A DNA stretch of 64,000 bases from an uncultured Clostridia bacterium (lineage in GTDB: Bacteria; Bacillota; Clostridia; Christensenellales; UBA1242), in assembly GCA_944376845.1 (NCBI GenBank), contig CALWDZ010000006.1:964-64963 (forward strand). Direction: 5' to 3'. The stretch's first letter is position 1, and each line of letters starts with the position of its first letter. The translations under genes and the position numbers were made by a program. The notes below the pieces were generated by a model. It saw only the letters and a list, made by a program, of their open reading frames with translations. It did no database searches and was not told where the DNA came from. This document shows positions 28,349-38,447 of the stretch, in pieces.

Positions 28349-28543
28349 TTATTCTATCAAATCTTCAAATATAATTCCTAAAGTTTTGAGTATCTTCACA
28401 ATGTTAGAAAGTGTTGGTTCAATTTTGCCACACTCCCATTCACTTACTCTTTGCTGAGTTGTACCTATTTTTTTGGCAAACTCACTTTGACTTAATTTAT
28501 TTGCTATTCTTAATTGTTTCAAGTTTTCTGCGAAGTTATTCAT
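28349..28543 (-). CDS. XRE-family (Cro/C1-type) HTH transcriptional regulator
   Basis: 64 aa. 'LKQLRIANKLSQSEFAKKIGTTQQRVSEWECGKIEPTLSNIVKI' is a canonical HTH_3. Confidence 0.8.
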   Translation of the reverse strand: MNNFAENLKQLRIANKLSQSEFAKKIGTTQQRVSEWECGKIEPTLSNIVKILKTLGIIFEDLIE

Positions 28544-28554
28544 GCTTAAATTAT

Positions 28555-28623
28555 TACACTAAATTTAATGTATATGCTTGACATACACTAAAAAAAGTGT
28601 TATTAAACAATTGAATACACTAA
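28555..28623 (+). promoter_or_regulatory. Promoter with three TACACTAA boxes (candidate XRE operators)
   Basis: TACACTAA at 28555, 28584 and 28616. TTGACA (28578-28583), 17 nt, TATTAA (28601-28606), with box 2 filling the spacer. Near-palindrome tacactaaatttaatgta at 28555-28572. Confidence 0.45.
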
Positions 28624-28774
28624 TTATAGCTCCGCCTTCACTAGGCATTTGTTCCAAGCCAAAGTGTTGCATCTTATCAAAGTACATCGGGTTGGAGTGA
28701 ATACGCAGAAAAAATTAAAGCAATAGCGTAGAATTAAATTTTATAGTTTGTGCATACTAAATGCGGAGGGAACT

Positions 28775-28918
28775 ATGGATATAACGCATTGTAAAGTAAA
28801 TTGTGATGTAAATGATTGCATACACAATGAGAGTGGTTGTTTTTGTCAAAAAGAAGAAATAAATGTAACAAATAAAACTAAGAAACATCATTTTTGTGGA
28901 AGTTATAAACAAAAATAA
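28775..28918 (+). CDS. DUF1540-like small cysteine-rich protein (47 aa; below the ORF-track cutoff)
   Basis: The manual translation is MDITHCKVNCDVNDCIHNESGCFCQKEEINVTNKTKKHHFCGSYKQK. The C-x-V-x-x-C-x-(H/Y)-N...C-x-A/C..I pattern matches DUF1540. GGAGGG RBS 5 nt upstream and a terminator downstream. Confidence 0.55.
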   Translation: MDITHCKVNCDVNDCIHNESGCFCQKEEINVTNKTKKHHFCGSYKQK

Positions 28919-28921
28919 TGA

Positions 28922-28957
28922 TAAAAAAATCTGGCACGAAATGTGTCAGATTTTTTA
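28922..28957. terminator. Bidirectional terminator between convergent genes
   Basis: Hairpin aaatctggcac / gtgtcagattt (28927-28937 / 28943-28953) with an A-run before and a T-run after. Confidence 0.65.
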
Positions 28958-28967
28958 ATTTTTGTTA

Positions 28968-29666
28968 TTATTTACTTGCATTTTCACGTTTTTGGAATTT
29001 TCCGTCTTTTTTCTTAACGCTGATATTTAAGTCTTGACTATCAGCAAGTTTTTCTGCAACTTCCATTGCTTCTTTTTTAGTTTTGCATCTTTTTGAAGCA
29101 CGTGTTGCACCAGTCTTTTTTACAACCCAATCTTTATGTTCTTTGTCATAGGTTACCATATATTTTTGAGTTGTCTTTTTCTCTTCCATTTTTTCACCCT
29201 CTACTTCAGTATTTTCTTCTTCAACTGTTTCAGTTTGTTTAGGCTGTTCTGATGTTTGTTCTGATGTTGTTTCAGCTTCTTCTTTTGCAGGTTCATTTAT
29301 TGCTATGTCACTATTATCACTTTCAGCGACAACTTTTTCAGCCTTTTTGGTTTTTGCCTTTTTAGGCTTTTGTTGTTTTTCTTCAACTTTTTCTTTTGGC
29401 TTTTCTTCTGTAGGTTGTTCTTCTACTGGTTTAATTTCGTCTTCGCTTGGTGTTTCATTTGCGATTTCAGTTTCTTCTTTTTCTTTTGTCTCCTCAACTG
29501 GTTTTGCATCTTCTGTTTTATTTTCATCAACTGCTACATCAGAAGTTTTGTCTGCTTCAATATTTTTGTCTTCCGGCTTGTCCCTGAAAACAATAAGTAT
29601 GACGATTGCAACAATTATCAGCACTACACACACAAGAAGTGGCCAATATTCTTTTAAAAATTCCAT
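28968..29666 (-). CDS. Membrane-anchored protein with a long acidic low-complexity linker and a C-terminal DUF2188-like domain
   Basis: 232 aa. N-terminal TM (WPLLVCVVLIIVAIVILIVF), a ~140-aa E/K/P/T-rich region, and the C-terminus 'YMVTYDKEHKDWVVKKTGATRASKRCKTKKEAMEVAEKLA..ISVKKKDGKFQ', which matches the DUF2188 pattern. Confidence 0.55.
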   Translation of the reverse strand: MEFLKEYWPLLVCVVLIIVAIVILIVFRDKPEDKNIEADKTSDVAVDENKTEDAKPVEETKEKEETEIANETPSEDEIKPVEEQPTEEKPKEKVEEKQQKPKKAKTKKAEKVVAESDNSDIAINEPAKEEAETTSEQTSEQPKQTETVEEENTEVEGEKMEEKKTTQKYMVTYDKEHKDWVVKKTGATRASKRCKTKKEAMEVAEKLADSQDLNISVKKKDGKFQKRENASK

Positions 29667-29830
29667 AATTTCTCCTTAAAAATTTAATCTTACAATTATT
29701 GTACACTACAAAACGACAATTTTCAATGTTTTTTTCAAGATTTTTTTATTTTTTTACAGTTACTTGAAAAGTATACTATTTTATGATATATATATTTTGT
29801 ATATTTTAAATAAATTATTTAGGAGACATT

Positions 29831-30646
29831 ATGAAAGAATCTAGAAAAGTAGCATTTTTATATGACTTTGACCTTACACTCTCGCCAAGAAATATGCAGG
29901 AGTTTTCATTTCAAGACCTTATTGGTACAACCAAGGAAGAGTGGTGGGCAGATGTCAATGAGTTTGGAAGAAAGCACAATATGGATGGCGCACTTGCCAT
30001 GATGTATAAACTCATTACTGTAACGCGTGAAAAAAATATAACATTAAAAAGGCAAGATATTGTCAACCTTGGAAAAGATATTGAGTTTTTTGAAGGCGTT
30101 GAAACATTTTTTGAAAGGATGACTGCCTATGCTAAAAGTTTGGGGCTTGAACTTAAACATTACATAATTTCAAGTGGACTTAAAGAGATTATTGAAGGTA
30201 CAAAGATTGCGCATAACTTTGAACGTATTTTTGCATCACAGTTTGCTTATGATAAAAACGATATTCCATTTTGGCCATCACAGGCAGTAAACTATACAAC
30301 CAAAACACAGTATATCTATCGTGTAAGAAAGAACACTATGGATGATTTATGGAATGCTCGTAGTGTCAATGAATATATTGAGTGCAAAGATGACCTTGTG
30401 CCATACTCAAACTTTGTATATTTTGGTGATGGTGAAACAGATATCCCTTGCATGCGTACAGTAAGCAAAAAGGGTGGAAAGTCAATTTGTGTATATGCTC
30501 CAAACAAGGCAAAATATGATGAATGTCATAAATTATATCTTGAGCATCGCTCTGACTATCTTGCAGAAGCAGATTATCGCGAAGGCACAGAACTTGACAA
30601 AATATGTAAATCAATACTTGAAAAAATAGCATCATATATAAATTGA
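29831..30646 (+). CDS. HAD-superfamily-like hydrolase
   Basis: 271 aa. Motif I 'FLYDFDLTLS' (DxDxT), a late 'FGDGETDIPCM' (motif IV-like GDGxxD) and 'ISSGL'. Confidence 0.55.
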   Translation: MKESRKVAFLYDFDLTLSPRNMQEFSFQDLIGTTKEEWWADVNEFGRKHNMDGALAMMYKLITVTREKNITLKRQDIVNLGKDIEFFEGVETFFERMTAYAKSLGLELKHYIISSGLKEIIEGTKIAHNFERIFASQFAYDKNDIPFWPSQAVNYTTKTQYIYRVRKNTMDDLWNARSVNEYIECKDDLVPYSNFVYFGDGETDIPCMRTVSKKGGKSICVYAPNKAKYDECHKLYLEHRSDYLAEADYREGTELDKICKSILEKIASYIN

Positions 30647-30765
30647 TGTAAGATGCCTACTCTCCGTCAAGAAGGCAGTGGTCAGCAAGAGCACTCTACT
30701 ATGTCATTTCGAATACTCTATTTTGTCATTTCGAGCAAAGCGAGAAATCTTTCTGATAAAATAAT
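30647..30765 (+). repeat. A-type repeat units of the 'gtcatttcgag..gagaaatct' subfamily
   Basis: tgtcatttcgaatac (30702..) and gtcatttcgagcaaagcgagaaatct (30725-30750). The ATTTC/GAAAT stem covaries with ATTCT/AGAAT in the main subfamily. Confidence 0.75.
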
Positions 30766-30859
30766 TAAATATTGCTTATAATTTATTAAGACGAAAATTA
30801 GTTGCAAAAATTTTTAGATATATGCTAATATAATGTGTAACGGCTACTAGGAGGGAAAC

Positions 30860-33091
30860 TTGAATAATAAAAAGAAAAGTAGTTTTAGTTTTATCTATGC
30901 ACTCATAATACTACTCATTTGTATTTTGGCAATTTTTGCCTTTGTCGATTTAGGCTCAAATATTGACGAAACTCAGCCATCAAATGTCATTGAAATGATA
31001 CAAGATGGTCAAGTTGAAGAATTGTATTTTTATAATGGAGAAGGTAGAGTTCTCTTAACTGTTGATAACAGTAAGTTTAAAACAGAAGAAGAGCGTAATC
31101 GTTTTCCAGACAACGCTGACTTTTATTTTGAGTACACGTCTACATCACTTGAACTTATTTTAAACGCAGTTGACACATATAATGTCACAGCGGAAAATGA
31201 TATAGTTTGGGAAAATCCACCAGTAAGGTCAAGTTGGTTTGAAACACTTATGCCAATACTTTACATTGCTCTTGCTTGTGTTGCTGTATTTCTTATTTTC
31301 AGAATGTTTGCAAAAAGCAACAACAGTGCAATGCAGTTTGGTAAAAACAAGGCAAGGGTTACAAGTGATGTTAAAGTAAGATTTTCAGATATTGCCGGTG
31401 CTGATGAAGAAAAAGAAGAACTTCAAGAAATAGTTGAATTTTTAAAACATCCACAAAGATTTACAGAACTTGGAGCAAGAATACCAAAAGGAGTCTTGCT
31501 TGTTGGTAATCCAGGAACGGGTAAAACACTTCTCGCTCGTGCAGTTGCGGGTGAAAGTAATGTTCCATTTTTGTCAATAAGTGGTAGTGATTTTGTTGAA
31601 ATGTTTGTCGGTGTTGGTGCAAGTAGAGTTCGTGACCTATTTGACCAAGCAAAAAAATGCCAGCCATGTATTGTATTTATAGACGAAATTGACGCTGTAG
31701 GCCGTCAGCGTGGAGCAGGACTTGGTGGTGGCAATGATGAGCGTGAACAGACACTCAATCAACTTTTGGTTGAAATGGATGGTTTTGAAGCAAATGAAGG
31801 AATAATAGTTTTAGCGGCTACAAACCGTGCAGATGTACTTGACCCTGCACTTCTTCGTCCGGGAAGGTTTGATAGACAAATTTATGTCCATGTTCCAGAT
31901 GTAAAGGGTAGAGAAGGTATAATTAGAATTCATGCAAAAAACAAACCAATCTCTGATGATGTTGATTTTGTTACTTTGGCAAGAATAACCAGTGGTTTTA
32001 CTGGCGCTGATATTGAAAATATGCTAAATGAAGCAGCAATCATTGCAGCACGTAACCATAGACCAAAAATAATTATGCAAGACATAACCGAGGGTATAAA
32101 CAAAGTCATAATGGGACCACAAAAGAAAAGTTTGCTTATGACCGATAAAGACAAACTTATCACAGCATATCACGAAAGCGGTCACGCAATAGTTGGTAAA
32201 CTTATGGAGCATTGTGAAGATGTCCAAGAAGTATCAATCATCCCACGTGGTATGGCTGCGGGTTATACAATGTCAAGACCAGAAAGTGATGACAACCATA
32301 TGGGCAAACTTAAACTCAATGATGAAATTGCCATGATGATGGGCGGACGTCTTAGTGAAGAGTTATTTATGGACGACATTTCAACTGGCGCATCAAATGA
32401 CATTAAACGTGCAACCGAAGTTGCAAGAAAAATGGTTACCCTTTGGGGTATGAGTGATAAATTTGGCTTTATGAGTTTTGGTAGCGAAGAGGAAATTTTT
32501 GTTGGTAGAGATTATCAAAGCAAAAATGATTACAGCGAAACGGTGGCTGCTGAAATTGATGCCGAAGTTAAAAAGATTTTGGACTATAACTATGCCCGTG
32601 CAAAGAAAATTTTGCAAGAAAATAAAAAGTATGTAAAAGAAATGGCAGAGTTACTTCTTGAAAAGAACACCATTTATAAAGAAGAAGTAGATATGATTCT
32701 TGCAGGCAAGTCAAAAGAAGAAATAATCACTCATATGGATGAACAAGAAAAAATCAGACGTGAAGAGGAGCAAAAAGCAAGAATAGAAGGCGAAATTGCA
32801 AAAAAGATGAAAGAAATTGACCAAAAAGTCAAAACCGCTGAAATGTATCTCAAAGAGGGAATAATAACTCAAAAAGATTATGACTTGATTTTAAAAGAAC
32901 GTGATAACGCCTTAAAGAAACTTGAAGAAAACAAAAATGTTGGCGAACAAGAAATTAAGCCAAATGAGCAAGATAGTGAAAATCAAGATACAAAAGATAA
33001 AAAAACAACCAAAGATTTAGAGCAAAAAGAAGAACAATTGGACGAAACAAAAGAACAACAAAAGGAGAAAAAAGATGATAAAAAAGAATAG
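30860..33091 (+). CDS. ftsH: ATP-dependent zinc metalloprotease FtsH with a long charged C-terminal extension
   Basis: 743 aa. TTG start with GGAGGG RBS, two TM helices, Walker A 'GNPGTGKT', Walker B 'IVFIDEID', SRH '[19 protein letters not shown]', zinc site 'HESGHA'. Confidence 0.95.
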   Translation: MNNKKKSSFSFIYALIILLICILAIFAFVDLGSNIDETQPSNVIEMIQDGQVEELYFYNGEGRVLLTVDNSKFKTEEERNRFPDNADFYFEYTSTSLELILNAVDTYNVTAENDIVWENPPVRSSWFETLMPILYIALACVAVFLIFRMFAKSNNSAMQFGKNKARVTSDVKVRFSDIAGADEEKEELQEIVEFLKHPQRFTELGARIPKGVLLVGNPGTGKTLLARAVAGESNVPFLSISGSDFVEMFVGVGASRVRDLFDQAKKCQPCIVFIDEIDAVGRQRGAGLGGGNDEREQTLNQLLVEMDGFEANEGIIVLAATNRADVLDPALLRPGRFDRQIYVHVPDVKGREGIIRIHAKNKPISDDVDFVTLARITSGFTGADIENMLNEAAIIAARNHRPKIIMQDITEGINKVIMGPQKKSLLMTDKDKLITAYHESGHAIVGKLMEHCEDVQEVSIIPRGMAAGYTMSRPESDDNHMGKLKLNDEIAMMMGGRLSEELFMDDISTGASNDIKRATEVARKMVTLWGMSDKFGFMSFGSEEEIFVGRDYQSKNDYSETVAAEIDAEVKKILDYNYARAKKILQENKKYVKEMAELLLEKNTIYKEEVDMILAGKSKEEIITHMDEQEKIRREEEQKARIEGEIAKKMKEIDQKVKTAEMYLKEGIITQKDYDLILKERDNALKKLEENKNVGEQEIKPNEQDSENQDTKDKKTTKDLEQKEEQLDETKEQQKEKKDDKKE

Positions 33092-33674
33092 AACTTGGCT
33101 AATTGCCATATATGCGATAGTTGCAGTCCTTGTTGTTTTAATTATTGTTTCTTGCTTTATACCAGTAAATAAAAAACCAGAGATTCAAGATCCATATAGT
33201 TATGAATTAAGAATAGATGGGTCACTTGCTGAGTATCCACTTCTTGCAGATAAAGATAATAATAAAGAGAAATATGATGAAATAAATAAAGTTTTCAATG
33301 ACTCATTTAGTGAAAGTTTTATAGTATCATTGTTCTCTGGAAGAATTGGCTACAATAATCGTATAGAATCATCATCAAGCCCATCAACATCGGGTTATAC
33401 ACTTTATCTTGACTATGCAACACCACAAACGATAATGAGAAATGGCGAAATATACACTCAATCATCTTATAGCACTGATCCAATATATTTTGATAGAATC
33501 ATTGTTCAAGTCACCGAAGGTGAAGGCATGACAACACATTATTTCTACTACTCATGCGACCCTGATTTAAATGACAATTGGGGAACTGATTCTTCATCGT
33601 TTAGATATTATAGACAATCATTTGTTGCAAATTTTGATGCACTTTATGATTACTTAACTAAAACACAGGCGTAG
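33075..33674 (+). CDS. Membrane-anchored hypothetical protein
   Basis: 199 aa. N-terminal TM. It overlaps the ftsH 3' end by 17 nt, with GGAGAA RBS. Confidence 0.5.
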   Translation: MIKKNRTWLIAIYAIVAVLVVLIIVSCFIPVNKKPEIQDPYSYELRIDGSLAEYPLLADKDNNKEKYDEINKVFNDSFSESFIVSLFSGRIGYNNRIESSSSPSTSGYTLYLDYATPQTIMRNGEIYTQSSYSTDPIYFDRIIVQVTEGEGMTTHYFYYSCDPDLNDNWGTDSSSFRYYRQSFVANFDALYDYLTKTQA

Positions 33675-33680
33675 AGATTT

Positions 33681-33715
33681 AAAAAAATACTCGTAACAAT
33701 TACGAGTATTTTTTT
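33681..33715. terminator. Bidirectional rho-independent terminator
   Basis: Hairpin atactcgtaa / ttacgagtat (33687-33696 / 33700-33709) flanked by A7 and T7, between convergent genes. Confidence 0.8.
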
Positions 33716-33716
33716 C

Positions 33717-34316
33717 TTACCAACACCTAAGTTCGTCAGGTATCACAACCTCACAAACGCCTTGTTTTGCTTTGCAAAGTGGGCATTCTTCCCATGCTTC
33801 GTCCGAGAAACTTACATATCCACACGATGGACATATCCATCTTACTTTTTTTGCTTTTTTGTAAATAGTTTTGTCTTTAAATTGCTTATAAAGTTCATTA
33901 AATAGGTTTTTATGTCTAATTTCAACTTCCATAATCATTTCAAATAGATGTGCAATCTCATCAAAACCTTCTTCATTGGCGGTTTTAATAAACTCATCAT
34001 AGGCCTCGGCTTCAAGTTCTTCATCTTCGGCAAGAAGTTTAAGGTTATCAAGTAGTTCCCATTTTTCTTTAAAAGGGAAGCCAGCAGATATGTTTATATT
34101 ATCTATTTGCTTTGGTTCTGCTTCTTGAATTTTGGTATAAAGCATACGCGCATGGTTAAATTCTTGGTATGCAATGGTGTCAATAATTTGTGCAATCGCC
34201 TCATAACCATTGTATCTAAAACCATATTCAACAAACTCATACCTTGTCCTTGCTTGGCACTCGGCAGCATATGCTCGTGCCAAATTTTCATAAGTTAAAC
34301 TATCTTTTAATTTCAT
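33717..34316 (-). CDS. rbr: Rubrerythrin (di-iron four-helix bundle plus C-terminal rubredoxin-like CxxC..CxxC)
   Basis: 'NLARAYAAECQARTRYE', 'EFNHARM', 'EVEIRHKN' and the C-terminal 'CPSCGY...CPLCKA'. The start is set at ATG 34316 (MKLKD.., GGAGTG RBS); the track ORF extends to 34370. Confidence 0.85.
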   Translation of the reverse strand: MKLKDSLTYENLARAYAAECQARTRYEFVEYGFRYNGYEAIAQIIDTIAYQEFNHARMLYTKIQEAEPKQIDNINISAGFPFKEKWELLDNLKLLAEDEELEAEAYDEFIKTANEEGFDEIAHLFEMIMEVEIRHKNLFNELYKQFKDKTIYKKAKKVRWICPSCGYVSFSDEAWEECPLCKAKQGVCEVVIPDELRCW

Positions 34317-34435
34317 AATCACTCCTTTTTTACTTGTTTTATGTTGCCTAAAAAGTAAAATAATATACAATAATTGACCAAACTTCTTTTTGGTGATATA
34401 ATGCTTTCGTAAATTTTAAATTTAAAGGAATACTT

Positions 34436-36208
34436 ATGCAAAATCGTACACACAATTTAGGGGAATTGCGTCTTAGTGATGCTGGTAAAAAAGTGGAACT
34501 TTGTGGCTGGCTTGAAAATGTAAGACGCGTAAGCAAAAGTCTTGCCTTTTTGGTACTTCGAGATTTTTATGGTATCACACAGGCAGTTGTAAACAGCGAA
34601 GAGATGATGTCAAAGGTTGACAAAATCAACATTGAGTCCACAGTTAAAGTTTGTGGCACTGTTCGCGAAAGGTCCAATAAAAATAAGGACATTCCAACAG
34701 GAGATATAGAAGTTGTTTGTGAAAGTATTGAAGTTTTGGGAGAGTGCATTTATAACGAACTTCCATTCCAAATCAATTTTTCAAAAGATGCTGATGAAAA
34801 CACAAGATTAAAATATAGGTACTTAGATTTAAGAAATCCAAAAGTCAAACAAAAGATTGTACTTCGTAGTCAAATAGTGAATGAACTTAGACAGTCAATG
34901 ATAAATAACGGTTTTTTGGAGATAACCACTCCAATACTCACAAGTTCATCACCAGAAGGAGCCAGGGACTATTTGGTGCCTTCAAGAAATTATCCTGGAA
35001 AATTTTATGCGCTTCCACAAGCACCACAGCAATTTAAACAACTTTTGATGGCTTCTGGCTTTGATAGATATTTTCAAATAGCACCTTGTTTTCGTGATGA
35101 GGACGCCAGGGCAGACAGGTCACCAGGCGAATTTTATCAACTAGATATGGAAATGGCTTTTGCAAGTCAAGATGATGTATTTTCTGTTATTGAAAATGTT
35201 CTTCCTCCAGTGTTTGAAAAGTATGGAACATACAAAAAAGCATCAAAAGCACCTTTTGTAAGGATAAAATATGAAGATGCTATGGACACCTACGGTTCAG
35301 ATAAGCCAGACCTTAGAATAGATTTAAAAGTCACGGATTTCACCGAAATTGTAAAAAATATAGACTTTGAACCATTTAAAAGCAAAGTCACAAAAGCAGT
35401 TATTGTAGACAATTTCACACATTCAAGAAAAGTTATAGACAAACTTGTGGAAGATGTTTTTGTACAACTTGAGAAGCGTGTATATTGGTTTAAAATAGAC
35501 GAAAATGGCAATTTGGTTGGTGGTGTTTCTAAATTTTTACAAGATAAAAAGGCTGAAATAGATAAATTAAATTTAAAACCAAATACATTTATAGGACTTG
35601 CCTGTGGTGAAAAACGTGTTGCACAAAAGACGGCAGGACTTATGCTTAAAATGCTTGGTGAAATTTGCCCAGAGCATATGGACAAAGAAAAGTATGAATT
35701 TTGTTGGATAGTTGACTTCCCAATGTATGAAATTGGTGAAGAGTCGGGCAAACTTGAATTTTGTCACAACCCATTTTCTATGCCACAAGGCGGGCTTGAT
35801 GCATTAAACAAAGCAGAAGAAAGCACAGAAGAAGCACTTAAAGTACTTGCATATCAATATGACCTAGTTGTCAATGGCGTTGAACTTTCAAGTGGGGCTG
35901 TGCGTAATCATGACCCAAAACTTATGTGCAAGGCATTTGAAATTGTTGGACTTGGCGAAGAGGATGTCAGAGCTAAATTCCCCGCTATGTATAATGCGTT
36001 TTGCTATGGTGCTCCACCACATGCGGGTATTGCACCAGGAGTTGATAGAATGGTGATGCTATTAACGGGTGATGAAAGTATTCGTGAAGTCATAGCATTT
36101 CCAATGAACAAAAAGGCACAGGATGTGCTTATGGGTGCTCCAAGTGAAGTTGATGAAAAACAACTTCGTGAAGTGCATATAAAAGTTGATTTAAAGGAAG
36201 GAAATTAA
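34436..36208 (+). CDS. aspS: Aspartate--tRNA ligase
   Basis: 590 aa. An OB anticodon-binding N-terminus and class IIb motifs 'FRDEDARADR', 'GGVELSSGAVRNHD'-like and 'GIAPGVDRMVMLL'. Confidence 0.95.
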   Translation: MQNRTHNLGELRLSDAGKKVELCGWLENVRRVSKSLAFLVLRDFYGITQAVVNSEEMMSKVDKINIESTVKVCGTVRERSNKNKDIPTGDIEVVCESIEVLGECIYNELPFQINFSKDADENTRLKYRYLDLRNPKVKQKIVLRSQIVNELRQSMINNGFLEITTPILTSSSPEGARDYLVPSRNYPGKFYALPQAPQQFKQLLMASGFDRYFQIAPCFRDEDARADRSPGEFYQLDMEMAFASQDDVFSVIENVLPPVFEKYGTYKKASKAPFVRIKYEDAMDTYGSDKPDLRIDLKVTDFTEIVKNIDFEPFKSKVTKAVIVDNFTHSRKVIDKLVEDVFVQLEKRVYWFKIDENGNLVGGVSKFLQDKKAEIDKLNLKPNTFIGLACGEKRVAQKTAGLMLKMLGEICPEHMDKEKYEFCWIVDFPMYEIGEESGKLEFCHNPFSMPQGGLDALNKAEESTEEALKVLAYQYDLVVNGVELSSGAVRNHDPKLMCKAFEIVGLGEEDVRAKFPAMYNAFCYGAPPHAGIAPGVDRMVMLLTGDESIREVIAFPMNKKAQDVLMGAPSEVDEKQLREVHIKVDLKEGN

Positions 36209-37669
36209 ATGGAACAACAACTTTCAAATGAAATAGATGTAAGAAGAAATAAAATCGAAACTCTAAAAAAAGAAGGAGTTATTGTATACAAAGACAAGTT
36301 TGAACGCACTCATAAGATAAGCGAAGCAAGAAAACTTTCTGACGGCGAAAAAGTAAAAGTTTGTGGAAGAATGGTTTTTCGCAGAGTTATGGGTAAGTTC
36401 GGTTTTATGCAAATTCGCGATTTAGAAGATAAAATTCAAGTTAGTGTTGGTATAAATGAATTAAATGATGTGGACTATGACTTTTATAAAAAAATGATAG
36501 ACATTGGCGATTTTGTCGGCGTGGAAGGCGAAATATACCACACTCAAACAGGCGAAATAACTGTAAAAGCATACAGTGTGACACTGCTTAGTAAGGCACT
36601 TCGCCCACTACCAGAAAAGTTCCATGGGCTTGTTGACCAGGAAGCAAAATATAGGCAAAGATATCTTGACCTTATATCAAATCAAACCGCTCGCGATGTT
36701 TTCTTGGGCAGAAGCAAAGTGCTTGCATTCATTAGAAAATTTTTAGGCGAAAATGGCTTTTTGGAAGTTGAAACCCCAATTCTTCAATCGGCAGTTTGTG
36801 GTGCTTCGGCAAAACCTTTTATGACACATCACAATGCACTTGACAAACAGTGTAATCTTCGTATTGCACCAGAAACTTATTTAAAACAGGTTATTGCAGG
36901 TGGTTTTGATAGAGTTTTTGAAGTTGCAAAATGTTTTAGGAATGAAGGTATGGACACACAGCACTTGCAAGAATTTACAATGGTTGAGTGGTATGCATCA
37001 TATTGGAATTTTGAGGATAATATCCGTCTTTATACTAAATTTATTCAAGAACTTTTAATGGAAGTTAAAGGCAGTCTTGAAATTGAATATCAAGGTCAAA
37101 AACTTGATTTTTCTGGTGAGTGGAAGAGAATAAACTATGTTGAAGAAATGCAAAAGGTTTTAGGTTTTGACTTCTTAAAGTGCGAAACTCGTGACGAACT
37201 TGTTACAGAAGTTGTAAATCGTAAACTTTTTGAAGCCTCAGATTTTGAAGGAATAAACACACTTGGCGGAGTTATAGATTATATTTATAAACGTAAAATT
37301 CGTGAAAATATTATTCAGCCAACTATTTTATATAACTATCCAGCGTGTCTAATTCCGCTTGCAAGAAGAAATGATAAAAACAATAAAATAATAGATGTTT
37401 TCCAAGTGCTTTGCATGGGTAGTGAACTTTGCAAGGCTTACAGCGAACTTGTTGACCCAATAGTCCAGCGCGAAGAACTTGAAAAACAAGCCAGAGCAAA
37501 ACTTGGCGGAGATGACGAGGCGATGGAACTAGATGAAGATTTTGTTCTTGCCATGGAACATGGTATGCCACCAATTTCAGGTCTTGGCTTTGGTGTTGAT
37601 AGGCTTATGATGTTCCTCTTTAATCAGGAATCTATAAGGGATGTAGTTCTCTTCCCCCTCATGAAGTAA
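36209..37669 (+). CDS. lysS: Lysine--tRNA ligase (class II)
   Basis: 486 aa. 'RQRYLDLI', 'FLEVETPIL', 'CFRNEGMDTQHLQEFTMVEWY', 'GLGFGVDRLMMF'. It starts 1 nt after the aspS stop. Confidence 0.95.
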   Translation: MEQQLSNEIDVRRNKIETLKKEGVIVYKDKFERTHKISEARKLSDGEKVKVCGRMVFRRVMGKFGFMQIRDLEDKIQVSVGINELNDVDYDFYKKMIDIGDFVGVEGEIYHTQTGEITVKAYSVTLLSKALRPLPEKFHGLVDQEAKYRQRYLDLISNQTARDVFLGRSKVLAFIRKFLGENGFLEVETPILQSAVCGASAKPFMTHHNALDKQCNLRIAPETYLKQVIAGGFDRVFEVAKCFRNEGMDTQHLQEFTMVEWYASYWNFEDNIRLYTKFIQELLMEVKGSLEIEYQGQKLDFSGEWKRINYVEEMQKVLGFDFLKCETRDELVTEVVNRKLFEASDFEGINTLGGVIDYIYKRKIRENIIQPTILYNYPACLIPLARRNDKNNKIIDVFQVLCMGSELCKAYSELVDPIVQREELEKQARAKLGGDDEAMELDEDFVLAMEHGMPPISGLGFGVDRLMMFLFNQESIRDVVLFPLMK

Positions 37670-38447
37670 AAAACACAAAATTGTGGGCGTCTGCGTCGTT
37701 TGCTGTCGGGCAACCCTCACACAGTCATTTGGGTGACCAAACTCCTGCGTGAGGGTACCCGCCGAGCCTAGCATCCGCCACGCAATTTTGTGTTTTTTGT
37801 TAGATTGAGCCTCGTTGTCGGGGCTATTATTGTATTTTATGAATAAGTACAGAGTACACTCAAGTTGGTTCGCACCGTTCTTTTTTGCCTTTTCCGCTTA
37901 CTTTTGCCTATTTTTTCTAGTTTTTATGATTATTTTAGTATTATTTTGTCATTCTGAGGCACCAAAGGTGCCGTGAGAATCTCAACATTTATAAATTTTA
38001 CGTGGCTTGATACCCCGAGCCTAGCATCCGTCACACAATTTTGTGTTTTTTGTTAGATTGAGCCTCGTTATCGGGGCTATTTTTGTGTTTTACTATTATG
38101 TACTCCTACTTTATCTATTTTGTATATTATTTTAATTTCTATAAACTCAACAGTTATTCATAATAGCCAAACTCCTGCGTGAGGGTACCCGCCGAGCCTA
38201 GCATCCGCCACACAATTTTGTGTTTTTTGTTAGATTGAGCCTCGTTATCGGGGCTATTTTTGTGTTTTACTGTTATGTACTCCTACTTTGGTCTATTTTT
38301 TCTAGTCTTTATGGTTATTTTAGTATTATTTTGTCATTCTGAGGCACCAAAGGTGCCGTGAGAATCTCAACTGATTTGAGTTGGTATTTTGCTTTTTGTT
38401 TAAAACACTTGCTAAATAATTCTAGATGTTTTATACTAACTATGTTA
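37668..38447 (+). repeat. Mosaic/tandem repeat region (E-type 37668-37798 and 38168-38205; F-type 37762-37828, 38015-38081, 38192-38258; A-type 37948-37983 and 38333-38368)
   Basis: There are three copies of ccgagcctagcatccg(c/t)cac(g/a)caattttgtgttttttgttagattgagcctcgtt(g/a)tcggggctatt. There are two copies of ..ttttctagt(t/c)tttatg(a/g)ttattttagtattattttgtcattctgaggcaccaaaggtgccgtgagaatctcaac. Confidence 0.9.

Noticed and set aside
29305-29679. 124-aa and 95-aa + strand ORFs
   Set aside because: They are antisense to the acidic low-complexity region of the DUF2188-like gene. The S/F/L-rich translations are typical of a mirror-frame artefact.
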